DNA of 64,000 nucleotides from assembly GCA_015200025.1 (NCBI GenBank), contig CP054186.1, positions 2,838,643 to 2,902,642 on the forward strand, read 5' to 3'. This document shows positions 28,375 to 37,559 of the stretch, piece after piece. The DNA is from Phycisphaeraceae bacterium (GTDB lineage Bacteria > Planctomycetota > Phycisphaerae > Phycisphaerales > UBA1924). Position 1 is the first letter of the stretch, and each line of letters starts with the position of its first letter. The position numbers and the translations under genes are program-made. The notes under the pieces were generated by a model. The model did no database searches. It was given only the letters and a program-made list of their open reading frames with translations, and was not told the origin of the DNA.

Positions 28375-28980
28375 CTACTGGGGGGGAGGCGGGGCGTCCT
28401 GCCAGGCGCCGTCTTCGCCCTTGCGGAGGATGCCCAGCTCGCCCAGGAATTCCCACGCGTCGCCGAATCTCCTCCCGACCTTGCCCGTGACGAGATTGAG
28501 GGCGCGGGTCGTGTCGTCGGGGATGATGGCGGTCACGTCGCGGTAGGTGTAGCCGATGACGCGCGGCCGAAGCTCGTGGTTGTAATAGACCACGACCCGC
28601 TCGTAGGGGGCCATGAGGTCGCGGTCGCGCATCACACCGACCGCCACGTCGTGGCCATCGTCCCGGGGCGGGACGGGGCGGTAATAGTTCTCCAGCTCGT
28701 CGTGGCCCAAGAACGGCCGATCCTCGCGCGTGGGCCGGAAGCCCATGCCCCTCAGGTGCGCCAGGGTCTGCTCGCGTGTCCATTCGGGGCGGATGCCCAG
28801 CGAGAGGAACCGGGGGCTGGTGAACGCGGGCCGCCCGCGGACCTGCTGGAACGTCCGCCGAGCCTCCCGGATCTGCTCCTTGAAGGGCGCCAGCTCGGCC
28901 TGCCTGGCCAGGTACTGGCTCACAGCCCCAAAGACCGCGACGGGCAGCAACGACAGCAGGATATAAAACGCGACGGGCAT
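28375..28980 (-). CDS. Membrane-anchored hypothetical protein, paralog 2 (candidate orphan immunity-like protein)
   Basis: It has an N-terminal TM segment (VAFYILLSLLPVAVFGAV). It shares the blocks FLSLGI.PEW.R.Q.L.HLR.MGF, LENYYR, APYE, YY.H..RP.VI.Y.YRD and LRKGEDGAW with the upstream gene. GGAG lies 8 nt upstream of the ATG. Confidence 0.6.
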   Translation of the reverse strand: MPVAFYILLSLLPVAVFGAVSQYLARQAELAPFKEQIREARRTFQQVRGRPAFTSPRFLSLGIRPEWTREQTLAHLRGMGFRPTREDRPFLGHDELENYYRPVPPRDDGHDVAVGVMRDRDLMAPYERVVVYYNHELRPRVIGYTYRDVTAIIPDDTTRALNLVTGKVGRRFGDAWEFLGELGILRKGEDGAWQDAPPPPQ

Positions 28981-29010
28981 GATGGGGACTCCGGTATGAT
29001 CTGAATCCGA

Positions 29011-29673
29011 TCACCAATCCGGGGCGTCGGATGATCCGGGCGACGGCGTGGTCTGCGTCGCGGTGGAGGGTGGGCGGGGCGGATCAACGTGCCGCCAGAC
29101 GCCCTGTTCGTCCTTTCGTTGGACGCCGACCTCGCCGAGGTACGAGGACCCACCGAAGAATTCGTGGGTGATCTCCCGAGTGATCAGGTTGTAACTCCGA
29201 GTCACGTCGATCGGGAAGATGCCCGAGAAGTCGCGGTAGTTGTACGATATGACCAAAGGCCGCTGGTCGTGGCCGTAGTAAACAAATAGAAATTCGTACG
29301 GCGCGAACACCTCTCGACTCGAGAGCCGACCGAAGGAGGGCGTATCACCACCCTCCGGATCGCGGACAGTACGGTAATAGTTCTCCAGGAGGTCGATGTT
29401 GACGAGCGGGCCGTGTCGGGGCGGGTAGTCGAAGCCCATCGATCTAAGGTGATCGAGCGCCTGGTCACGCGACCATTCGGGATGGATGCCGAGCGACAGG
29501 AAATCGGGGTCGTCGGGTCGGAATTCGCCGCGGGTCTCTTCGAACCGACGGAAGGCCCCGCGGATCTCCTCACGGTAGGGAGCGAGGTAGACCCATTTGA
29601 CGATACAACGCGAGAGAAGGGAGAAGGCCGCGAGGGCGGCGAGGATCGACAGGCTCAAGAAGATCTTCCGCAT
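29011..29673 (-). CDS. Membrane-anchored hypothetical protein, paralog 1 (candidate immunity-like protein)
   Basis: It has an N-terminal TM segment (IFLSLSILAALAAFSLL). By eye it is roughly 40-45% identical to 28375-28980. Sampled lines are lower in GC (29221-29280 60%, 29281-29340 55%). Confidence 0.6.
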   Translation of the reverse strand: MRKIFLSLSILAALAAFSLLSRCIVKWVYLAPYREEIRGAFRRFEETRGEFRPDDPDFLSLGIHPEWSRDQALDHLRSMGFDYPPRHGPLVNIDLLENYYRTVRDPEGGDTPSFGRLSSREVFAPYEFLFVYYGHDQRPLVISYNYRDFSGIFPIDVTRSYNLITREITHEFFGGSSYLGEVGVQRKDEQGVWRHVDPPRPPSTATQTTPSPGSSDAPDW

Positions 29674-29718
29674 GCTCGTTGATCCACGTCGATGGGTGAG
29701 GTGACAGCCCCACAGGAC

Positions 29719-31116
29719 TCAAGGTATGCAGGGCACCGAGTGAGGCGCAATCAAGTTCGGCGGTACCGGACCGCTCCGTAACGTCACCGCTGTTACGGTC
29801 CCTTGAATGCCGCCCCCGAAGCCGACGGCAATGCCGCCAACCCCGACAGGATTCCCGCTGGTTCGGTGCCATGAGCCCATCTCCGCCATCGGAAATCCAA
29901 TGGTGGCCGAGAGCCTTCGCAATGGTATAGGGACGCCGACGAACCCGGCCCTGGTCTGTGAACCCACATCGAACGGCCATTGGCACCGCACAGGCAAGTC
30001 CCGAAAGGGGATATCCGCTGCAACATAGCCGACAACGGCTCCGGCACCAAAGTCAAGCGAACCATCCCCCTCGAGCGAATAAAGACACCCGGTCGAGTCC
30101 AACGCCCACCCGACTCCATCGATCGAACCGAGCCCGGATAGCAACACACTCCAATACCGCCAGCTCATCTTCCCGTTCCACAGGCACCCCTGCCCCGAGC
30201 ACGGCGTGCCCTCCTCCGCGTACTCCGAATCCAAGCAGCTCGACGTGGACGCGTTCCACATCTGCGGCCTCTCCTCCACGAATACATCGCCCTCACAGAC
30301 CCGCCCATCCCACATCCCCAGCATGCGGATCAGCGTCTCGGGGGCCGCCGGCAATGGCACGGGGCACGACGGGGGCGACGGCTGGAACAGCGCCGCGACC
30401 GCCGCCTGCGTGTCCAGCCCGTCCGTTACCCCGTCGCCGTTCACGTCCGTCAGCACGGCCTCGAACCCTTCGGTCCCCTCGGCGAGGAAAACCTCCACCG
30501 CGTCGTCCTCGGTCACCCCGTCGTCCGCGTTCGCGTCGGCCAACGAGCCGATCCGGCAGGCGCCCTGGCACCCCGAGGTCAGCCCAGAACCCAGCGGGCT
30601 CAGCCACGATCCCGAGTACGCCCGCCAGACCACGCGGACATTGGACATCGTGTCCACGACAAGCGAGGCGACGGCCACATCGCTCTTCCCGTCCCCGTCG
30701 AGGTCCCGTGTCACTCGCAGGCCAGCGCCGAAGAGCGTGTCCTGCGGCCCGGCCACGGACGTGATCACCGCCCCCGTCGCGCCCGAGATCAGGTACACCC
30801 GGCCCCTCCCGCCCGCCGTCGGCTCCATCGGGGCCGAAACGATAAGGTCCGCCACCCCGTCGTCGTCCGCGTCTTCGATCGCGATCGCGCCGTTGCCGAA
30901 CAACCCGCCCGTGGCCGGCGGGTTCAGCAAGAGGATCACCGTCCCGTCGGCCGAGACCACATCGACATGCGCGACCTCTTCGGCCGAGATCGTGCTGTCC
31001 CAGATCGTCAGCGTCTCGATCTGATCGACCACCCCGTCGCCGTTGAAATCCGCGTACGTCATCCGCGGGTGCCACGGCTGGGCGAGCGAGAGCGAGCCGG
31101 CCGCGAGGAAGCCCAT
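29719..31116 (-). CDS. Secreted FG-GAP/dockerin-like repeat protein with an unassigned Cys/Trp/Gly-rich C-terminal domain; the true start is probably upstream (ATG 31243) but is out of frame by 1 nt
   Basis: Repeats FNGDGVVD, DADDDGVADLIVSAP, DLDGDGKSDVAV, NADDGVTEDD and DVNGDGVTDGLD are present. The C-terminal ~230 aa match no family I recognise. The listed Met sits in the middle of a signal-peptide h-region (see the findings). Confidence 0.65.
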   Translation of the reverse strand: MGFLAAGSLSLAQPWHPRMTYADFNGDGVVDQIETLTIWDSTISAEEVAHVDVVSADGTVILLLNPPATGGLFGNGAIAIEDADDDGVADLIVSAPMEPTAGGRGRVYLISGATGAVITSVAGPQDTLFGAGLRVTRDLDGDGKSDVAVASLVVDTMSNVRVVWRAYSGSWLSPLGSGLTSGCQGACRIGSLADANADDGVTEDDAVEVFLAEGTEGFEAVLTDVNGDGVTDGLDTQAAVAALFQPSPPSCPVPLPAAPETLIRMLGMWDGRVCEGDVFVEERPQMWNASTSSCLDSEYAEEGTPCSGQGCLWNGKMSWRYWSVLLSGLGSIDGVGWALDSTGCLYSLEGDGSLDFGAGAVVGYVAADIPFRDLPVRCQWPFDVGSQTRAGFVGVPIPLRRLSATIGFPMAEMGSWHRTSGNPVGVGGIAVGFGGGIQGTVTAVTLRSGPVPPNLIAPHSVPCIP

Positions 31117-31223
31117 GATCCCTCCGATCCGCGCCGAAGCCCGTGTGCGGGTGTCGGAACGTCGGCGGTCGCGTGTGAACGGGCCGATCAGCCGACCGGC
31201 GACATCAGAGCAGCGTGCGTGGC

Positions 31224-31234
31224 GGGGGGGGGGG
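31224..31234 (-). repeat. C11 homopolymer (G11 on the + strand) between the upstream ATG-ATG and the main ORF
   Basis: Read directly from the sequence: ggc-ggggggggggg-att on the + strand. Confidence 0.95.
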
Positions 31235-31267
31235 ATTCATCATGGCTGATACTCCAAAGGATTGTTG

Positions 31268-31296
31268 AAGATAACTTACTCGAATGATCCGGTCAA
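31268..31296 (-). promoter_or_regulatory. Sigma70-like promoter of the FG-GAP locus
   Basis: The minus strand reads TTGACC (31296-31291), a 17-nt spacer, then TATCTT (31273-31268). Downstream, GGAG lies 8 nt before ATG 31243. The promoter sits in the only AT-rich patch of the region. Confidence 0.55.
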
Positions 31297-31370
31297 GTGA
31301 AGAATGCGTGTGTTTCGATTGGCGATATTCTATAACCATAACCCGAAGCCGATTATGGCTCGGCGGCGGC

Positions 31371-32165
31371 TTACCGGCTGAGCCCGAGCGCCCCGGCGGC
31401 CCGGTCGAACGCGTCGGACGCGTCGGGCAAGGCGCGGAGGTCGATCACGGGGTAGCCCGTAAACCCGCGGGCGTGGAGGCACGCGAGGTAGGCGGCCGGG
31501 TCGAGCCGACCCAGCCCGAGCGGGCGTCGGACCGAGGCGTCGGCGTCGGCGAGCCGTGCGGCGGCGGGCGTGATCGTGAGCCGGGCCGCGTGCATCGCCG
31601 GGTCCAACCCCGCCAGCAGCAACCCCGCCGGGTCGATCCCCGCGGTGAGCGGCCCGACGGGCGGGTCGAACCCGCGCGAGAAATCAGCGACGGCTACGTC
31701 GGCACGGGCGGCCGCGTCCGCGATCGCCGCGCGGACCGCCGCCAGCGTCGCCTTCATCGGCTCGCCTTCCACCGACCCGTTCGCGGGCAGTTCCACACAC
31801 ACCACGCGCCCGCGAGGATCGCCCGCGAGCGTCGCCAGGTCGCCCGCCAGCGAGATCGCCGCCAACGCGGCCGCCAAGGCACGGTCCGCGTGCGCCGGCT
31901 CCACGAAATGCCCCGGCGGGATCCACAGGTCCAGCCCGGCGAACCCCAGCCCGTGCCGGCGGAGCACGGCGGCCAGATCACGCCTCGCCGATCGGTCCAG
32001 GTCCCGCGGGCGGGTGTCCGGGCTCGTCGCGTCGAGCTGGACGGCCCGGGGGCGGGCCGCGGGCGGTCGGGCGGCGGCCCACTCGATCAGGGCCCGCGTC
32101 CCGGCGGGTCGTGCGGCCTCATCGGGAAAGGTCAGGCCCGCGAGCGCGAGGGCGGGCGACAGCAT
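31371..32165 (-). CDS. Sugar phosphate isomerase/epimerase-like (xylose isomerase-type TIM barrel) protein
   Basis: Length and blocks such as GLGFAGLDLWIPPGHF fit the family weakly. The start is set at MLSPALALAG (32165); the track gives 32213. Confidence 0.45.
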   Translation of the reverse strand: MLSPALALAGLTFPDEAARPAGTRALIEWAAARPPAARPRAVQLDATSPDTRPRDLDRSARRDLAAVLRRHGLGFAGLDLWIPPGHFVEPAHADRALAAALAAISLAGDLATLAGDPRGRVVCVELPANGSVEGEPMKATLAAVRAAIADAAARADVAVADFSRGFDPPVGPLTAGIDPAGLLLAGLDPAMHAARLTITPAAARLADADASVRRPLGLGRLDPAAYLACLHARGFTGYPVIDLRALPDASDAFDRAAGALGLSR

Positions 32166-32211
32166 GGGCAGACCCGGAGTCACGGAGTGTTGTAGGGCAG
32201 TACGATCGGGC

Positions 32212-32769
32212 ATGTCTCGCGCCGGCCGGATCTTCGAAGGTGTGCACGCGGTATCCCTGGCGGTCTGGTTCGCCGCGCTGGCGGGGGCCGGCCTGGCCGC
32301 GGGCGTGGCGTTCCCGGCGATGAAAAGTCTCGACCCGGGCCTGCCGGGGTTCTCGGCGTACGACGGGCCTCACTGGCTCATCGCCGGCGGTCATGTCGGG
32401 CGTGGGGCTTTCTCCATCGCCGAGAAGATCGTGCTCGTCAGCGCGGCGGCGGCGGTCGTGAGCCTGGCGGCCGCGGAACGCGCCGCCCCGGCTGAACGCT
32501 GGCGCTCGCTCGCGCGGTGGGTGTTGATCCTGACGGCCGGGAGCCTCGCCGTCTGGCAAGGTCTGGTGCAATCGCCGCGCATGAACCGCGCCCTGGACAC
32601 GTATTGGTCCAGCGCCCGGGCCGGCATGAACGACGAAGCCGACCAGGCTCGGCGAGCGTTCGAAGCGATGCACCCCTCCTCGCGCGGGCTCATGACCCTC
32701 GCCGCCGCGTGCGTGCTCGGGGCTATCGCCGCCGGCGGGCTCGGGGCCTCCGGGCGGGCCGACGCGTGA
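32212..32769 (+). CDS. Small multi-pass membrane protein (DUF4149/TMEM205-like)
   Basis: The protein starts MSRAGRIFEGVHAVSLAVWFAALAGAG and has four hydrophobic segments. The upstream 640 nt of the track ORF run antisense to the TIM-barrel gene and were discarded. Confidence 0.45.
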   Translation: MSRAGRIFEGVHAVSLAVWFAALAGAGLAAGVAFPAMKSLDPGLPGFSAYDGPHWLIAGGHVGRGAFSIAEKIVLVSAAAAVVSLAAAERAAPAERWRSLARWVLILTAGSLAVWQGLVQSPRMNRALDTYWSSARAGMNDEADQARRAFEAMHPSSRGLMTLAAACVLGAIAAGGLGASGRADA

Positions 32770-33449
32770 GCACGGCGTCCCCCGAGCGCGTGACGGCCTC
32801 TCAGAAAGCGCGGGCGGCCCGGGTCCTCGCCGCCCTCGACGAGCATTGGGGGCACGCTCGCTGCGAGCTGAACTACACCACCCCCTACGAACTCCTCGCC
32901 GCCACGATCCTCTCGGCGCAGTCCACCGACGCGGGCGTGAACAAGGCCACGCCGGCCCTCTTCGCCCGCTTCCCCACGCCGGCCCACTACGCCTACGCGA
33001 GCCCCGCGGAGATCGAACCCTTCATCCGGAAGATCGGGCTGTTCCGGAGCAAGGCCCGCGCCCTCCACGAATCGATGAAGGCCCTGGTCGAGCGGTTCGG
33101 TGGCGAGGTCCCCCGGCGGATGGAGGACCTCCTCACGCTCCGGGGCGTGGCCCGCAAAACCGCCAACGTCGTCCTAGGCAACGCCTTCGGGATCAACGAG
33201 GGCATCCCCGTCGATACGCACGTCCAACGCGTCTCGGCCCGCCTCGGGCTGGTCCGCCCCGGCGCGACCCCCGCGGCGATCGAAAAACGCCTGATGGCCC
33301 TGTTCCCCCGCGAGCGGTGGTGCGACCTCTCGCACATGCTCATCTGGCACGGCCGGTACGCCTGCCCCGCCCGGGGCGGCGGCCACACCCACCCCATCTG
33401 CCGGGAGTTCGGGAAGGGGTGCGGGGGAAGCGTGCCCGAGAGGAGTTGA
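32766..33449 (+). CDS. nth: Endonuclease III
   Basis: [26 protein letters not shown], the HhH block [35 protein letters not shown] and a C-terminal Cys cluster are present. The GTG start overlaps the preceding stop (GTGA). Confidence 0.9.
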   Translation: MSTASPERVTASQKARAARVLAALDEHWGHARCELNYTTPYELLAATILSAQSTDAGVNKATPALFARFPTPAHYAYASPAEIEPFIRKIGLFRSKARALHESMKALVERFGGEVPRRMEDLLTLRGVARKTANVVLGNAFGINEGIPVDTHVQRVSARLGLVRPGATPAAIEKRLMALFPRERWCDLSHMLIWHGRYACPARGGGHTHPICREFGKGCGGSVPERS

Positions 33450-33504
33450 ACCTCTAACCTCTGCCTTCGGAGGGCAGCGCTCTATCCAATTGAGCTACGG
33501 GCAC
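33431..33504 (-). tRNA. tRNA-Arg (CCG)
   Basis: The reverse complement is GTGCCCGTAGCTCAATTGGATAGAGCGCTGCCCTCCGAAGGCAGAGGTTAGAGGTTCAACTCCTCTCGGGCACG. It folds as a cloverleaf with the anticodon loop CTCCGAA. Confidence 0.9.
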
Positions 33505-33509
33505 TCGGC

Positions 33510-35009
33510 GTGTCGCCCTCGCGACGGCGGATGCTACGATCGCCGCCGCCCCGGGGCAAATGGACGCGACGGGGACGGCGGATCGGGCGGCGTGGGGGAC
33601 CAGGCGGTTTGATCGGCGTGGCCATCGGATCGGACAGCGACGCCTCACACCACCGGGCCACGTTGCCCGGGTCGAGCCGCTCCCCCGCCCCCATCGGGGC
33701 CGTCATCGCCTTCACGATGCTCAACAGCGTCGGGACCGCGACCGTCACCAACGGGATCTACTACATCACCGACAGCGGGTACGGCTTTACCCGAGGGCTC
33801 AACCTCGGGCTCGGGGTCACCATCGGCGCCTCCTACATCGCCGGGGCCGCCCTGGCGTGGCGTGTCCCCGCCTGGCTCCGATCGGTCATTCCGGGCCTGA
33901 CCTCGCGGGGCATGCTCCTCCTCCTTATGGCCCTGATGGGCGCGGTCTGCCTCATCCCGATGGCGTTGGTCCTGTCCGGGTTCGGGCCGCTGACATCGCA
34001 GGGGCAGGTTGAGGGCCGGGCGGGAACGGCGGGAATGGTTGGGGTGGTGGGGGTGTGGGGGGTGATCGTCGTGTACAGCGCCCTCTCGGGGGTGCTCTGG
34101 CCCGTCGTCGAGAGTTTCCTCTCCGGCGGCCGCCGCGGCGAGGGGCTGCGCCGCGTCATGGGGTGGTGGAACGTCTCGTGGGCCGGTTCGGCCCTGATGG
34201 CCCAGATCCTCATGAGCCCGCTGGTCAAGGACGACCCACAGACCGCCGTCTTCGAACCCGCCCTCATCCTCGCCGCCACCGGCGTGATCCACGCCGCCGC
34301 CGCCCTCGTGCTCGCCCGCCTCCCGCGTGAGCCCGCGCCCCACGAAGACGAGCACCACGGCGCCCACCCCGCGGACTACCCCCGCCTGCTCATCACCTTC
34401 CGGCTCCTCCTCCCCATGGGCTACGTCGTCCTCAGCGCCCTGGCCCCCATCCTCGCCTGGCTCCTCGAATCCCTCGGGGTCCCCGACCGCGAACGGCCGG
34501 TCTACGGGGCCGCGTGGATCGTGCCCAGGGTCATCATGTTCTGGGTGCTCTCGCGCTGGCACGGGTGGGAGGGACGCTGGTGGGCCGCCATCGCCGGCGG
34601 CGGGCTCATCGTCGGCGGGTTCGGCGTGGCCCTCTTGGCCCCCATCCTCGTCCCCGAGCAAGGCACCCTGGTCATCACCCTGGTCGGGCTGGGCGTCTTC
34701 GGGACCGGGATGGCCCTCGTCTACACCGCCGCCATCTATTACGCCATGGAGGTCGGCCGGTCCCAGGTCGCCGCCGGGGGCACCCACGAATCCCTCATCG
34801 GGGTCGGATATTTGTTGGGGCCGATGTGCGGCCTGGCCGCCGAATCGGCGGTAGCACTCAGGATCATCCCCCCGAGCGGGTTTGGTCCTGCTTTGTTCGG
34901 GGTGGTCGGCGTGCTGGCCCTGGGCACCACACTCGTGGTGATCCGGCGTGTATGGAAACTGTCGAGCACGCCGGTCGTACGAACTGGGGAGGATCGTGGG
35001 GGCGGGTAG
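33510..35009 (+). CDS. Multi-pass membrane transporter, MFS-like
   Basis: About 12 hydrophobic segments are present, with a central loop [10 protein letters not shown]. The start is uncertain; the real start is probably near 33600-33620 (TTG/GTG), because the first ~35 codons are Arg/Pro-rich. Confidence 0.5.
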   Translation: MSPSRRRMLRSPPPRGKWTRRGRRIGRRGGPGGLIGVAIGSDSDASHHRATLPGSSRSPAPIGAVIAFTMLNSVGTATVTNGIYYITDSGYGFTRGLNLGLGVTIGASYIAGAALAWRVPAWLRSVIPGLTSRGMLLLLMALMGAVCLIPMALVLSGFGPLTSQGQVEGRAGTAGMVGVVGVWGVIVVYSALSGVLWPVVESFLSGGRRGEGLRRVMGWWNVSWAGSALMAQILMSPLVKDDPQTAVFEPALILAATGVIHAAAALVLARLPREPAPHEDEHHGAHPADYPRLLITFRLLLPMGYVVLSALAPILAWLLESLGVPDRERPVYGAAWIVPRVIMFWVLSRWHGWEGRWWAAIAGGGLIVGGFGVALLAPILVPEQGTLVITLVGLGVFGTGMALVYTAAIYYAMEVGRSQVAAGGTHESLIGVGYLLGPMCGLAAESAVALRIIPPSGFGPALFGVVGVLALGTTLVVIRRVWKLSSTPVVRTGEDRGGG

Positions 35010-35134
35010 GGAAGGCGAACCGGTCGGGGGGTGAAAGGGCGGAGCCTCGTGAACCGGGGTCGGGGGTCGGACGATCGATACGTGAGCGAGTGTTCGGGTC
35101 CCGTGACGATCTTTGGAGGCGTGAACCCGTGAGC

Positions 35135-37369
35135 ATGTACACCGAGCGTGTGGGCCGTGGCGTGGTCTGGTCGATCCTCGCGGGCCTCCTGGCCTGCGGG
35201 GCGCCGACGTCCTCGATGGCCGCCGAGCCCCAGGCCGACGCCGTCGCCGTTGCGGCCCGCAACGCCCCATCCCTGAGCGAGTGGGCCGACCGGCTCTGGT
35301 CGTCCGCCAAGCGGGACGACACCCCGACCTTCCTCGGTCTGCTCGCCGACCCGCCCGCGGGCCACACGTCCCTCTCGGCCTCCGCGTCCCGGCTCAAATC
35401 CCACTTCGCCGCCCGCGAGGACGACCGCGCCCAGCGCCTCGAGGCCGCCCGCACGGACATGACCAAACACATGGACGAGGCCCCGACGGCGGTGAGCCTC
35501 TCCAAAGCGCTGGTCTCGGCGATGGAGATCTACGAACTCTCGAAAGACCCCGCCCGCGTCCTCGACGAGCCGCAGGTCAGGGAACTCGTCCGGCGCGCCG
35601 ATGCCGCCGCACGCGACGCCGAGGCCAAGGGCGAATGGCTCTCGGCCAGCGAACTGTTCATCCGCCTCTCGCTCCTGATGGAAGAGAGCCCCGACGCCGC
35701 CCGGTACAAGTCCGACGCCCAGCGCCTCACGCACCGCCTCGCGATGCTCCGCCTCTACGCGCCGCGCCGGGTCTGGGAGATGCAGAACGAGCGCAAGATG
35801 GAGGCCGACGGCAAGCCCCTCCCACCCTACAACGCCGCGGGCAGCGACTTCCGTAAAAAGCTCGAAGGCATCGACGTCCGCATGGTCGTTGACGCGGTCA
35901 ACAAGAGCGCCCGCCAGCACGTCAAGCTCGGGGACATGAAGGCCATCCTCCTCAGCGGGATCGACTCGGTCCGCACCATGGCCACCACCGGCGACCTCCG
36001 CGAGGCCTTCCCGGGCCTCGCCGACGGCGACATGGTCTCCCGCTTCATGGCCGCCGTCGAACGCGAGCGGGCCGCCGTCGTCGACGACCGCGCCGTCACC
36101 CTCGCCGACGTCGAGGGCGCCGTCCGGCGCCTCCTCGCCGCCAGCGCCGAGTCCGTCAAGGTCCTCCCGGGCGCCCTCCTCCACGAGTTCGGGAACGGCG
36201 CCATGGCCGCCCTCGACGAGTTCTCCGCCATCATCTGGCCCGACGAACTCGCACGATTCAACAAGATGACCCAGGGCAGCTTCATCGGCGTCGGGGTCCA
36301 GATCGAGTTCGACGAGGCGTCCTACGTCCGGGTCGTCACCCCGCTCGACGGGACCCCCGCCCAGCGCGCCGGCATCGCCACCGACGATCGCATCGTCAAG
36401 GTCAACGGGACCTCCATCTTCGGGCTCTCCCTCGACCAGGTCGTCGACCTGATCACCGGGCCGCAGGGCACCCCCGTCACCCTCGCCGTCGAGAGGCCCG
36501 CCAAGGGCGACGGCGCCGACGCCCCCAGGCAGGAACTCGACTTCAAGCTCATCCGCGACCGGATCGCCGTCGCCTCCGTCAAGGGCTGGCGACGCGAGGG
36601 CCCCGGGGAGCACGAGTGGGGATGGTTCGTCGACCCCGAGGCCAAGATCGGGTACGTCCGCGTCACCCAGTTCACCGAGGACACCACCGACGAGTTCGAC
36701 ACCGCCGTCGACGCCATGACCCGCGCCGGCGTCCGCGGGCTCGTCGTCGACCTCCGCTTCAACCCCGGGGGCCTGCTCGACCAGGCCGTCCTGCTCTCCC
36801 AACGCTTCATCGATCGCGGCACCATCGTCATGACACGCGGCGCCGACAACGTCATCGAGGAGAAAAAGGACGGCGCCGGCCGCGCCGTCCTCGACAAGCT
36901 CCCCGTCGTCGTCCTCGTCAACCGCGGGTCCGCCTCCGCCAGCGAGATCGTCTCGGGCGCCGTCCAGCACTACGGCCGCCGCGGCGACATCCCCGCGGTC
37001 GTCCTCGGGCAGCGTTCCTACGGCAAGGGCTCCGTCCAGAAAGTCTGGGCCCTCGCCGGCAATCGCGGGATGATGAAACTCACCACCCAGCACTACCTCC
37101 TCCCCGACGGGCGGATGATCCACCGCGAGCCGGGCGCCAAGGTCTGGGGCGTGGACCCCGATTTCGCCGTCGAGATGCTCCCCAAGCAGATCGCCGAGGG
37201 GCTCACCCTCCGCAAAAACGCCGACGTTATCCCCCCCGCGGGCGCCGAGGCCGCCGACCCCGACGACACCTTCCGCAAAAACCTCGACCTCCAGCTCGAG
37301 ACCGCCGTCCTGCTCCTCCACGCCCAGGCCGCTTCGCGCGAGCATGGGCACGCCCGCCTCGACCGGTAG
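35135..37369 (+). CDS. S41 family C-terminal processing (tail-specific) peptidase with a PDZ domain
   Basis: A signal peptide (VVWSILAGLLACGAP) is present. The PDZ domain shows GIATDDRIVKVNGTSIFGLSLDQVVDLITGPQGTPVTL, and the S41 core shows LVVDLRFNPGGLLDQAV and LVNRGSASASEIVSGA. GTG 35129 is an alternative start. Confidence 0.85.
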   Translation: MYTERVGRGVVWSILAGLLACGAPTSSMAAEPQADAVAVAARNAPSLSEWADRLWSSAKRDDTPTFLGLLADPPAGHTSLSASASRLKSHFAAREDDRAQRLEAARTDMTKHMDEAPTAVSLSKALVSAMEIYELSKDPARVLDEPQVRELVRRADAAARDAEAKGEWLSASELFIRLSLLMEESPDAARYKSDAQRLTHRLAMLRLYAPRRVWEMQNERKMEADGKPLPPYNAAGSDFRKKLEGIDVRMVVDAVNKSARQHVKLGDMKAILLSGIDSVRTMATTGDLREAFPGLADGDMVSRFMAAVERERAAVVDDRAVTLADVEGAVRRLLAASAESVKVLPGALLHEFGNGAMAALDEFSAIIWPDELARFNKMTQGSFIGVGVQIEFDEASYVRVVTPLDGTPAQRAGIATDDRIVKVNGTSIFGLSLDQVVDLITGPQGTPVTLAVERPAKGDGADAPRQELDFKLIRDRIAVASVKGWRREGPGEHEWGWFVDPEAKIGYVRVTQFTEDTTDEFDTAVDAMTRAGVRGLVVDLRFNPGGLLDQAVLLSQRFIDRGTIVMTRGADNVIEEKKDGAGRAVLDKLPVVVLVNRGSASASEIVSGAVQHYGRRGDIPAVVLGQRSYGKGSVQKVWALAGNRGMMKLTTQHYLLPDGRMIHREPGAKVWGVDPDFAVEMLPKQIAEGLTLRKNADVIPPAGAEAADPDDTFRKNLDLQLETAVLLLHAQAASREHGHARLDR

Positions 37370-37559
37370 CCCCGTCCCGCCCGCCAGCGCCCGCCCCGGG
37401 ATATCCACCCCGAACGGGTGGTGTACGGGCCCGGGCCACCCTCCCGCCGGTGAACGACCGGCGGCCGACCTACCCTTGCCGATTGAACACCGGGAAGGGT
37501 CTAGGCCACGCCGTCGGCGGCGTGCCGAGAGGCCCCGGGGGCGGCTTGCTGAGGGCGAT

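Noticed and set aside
32163-32214. Overlapping divergent start codons (CATG at 32211-32214) of the TIM-barrel gene and the small membrane protein.
   Set aside because: This is more simply explained by the TIM-barrel gene starting at the internal Met (32165). The overlap is an artefact of taking the longest ORF.
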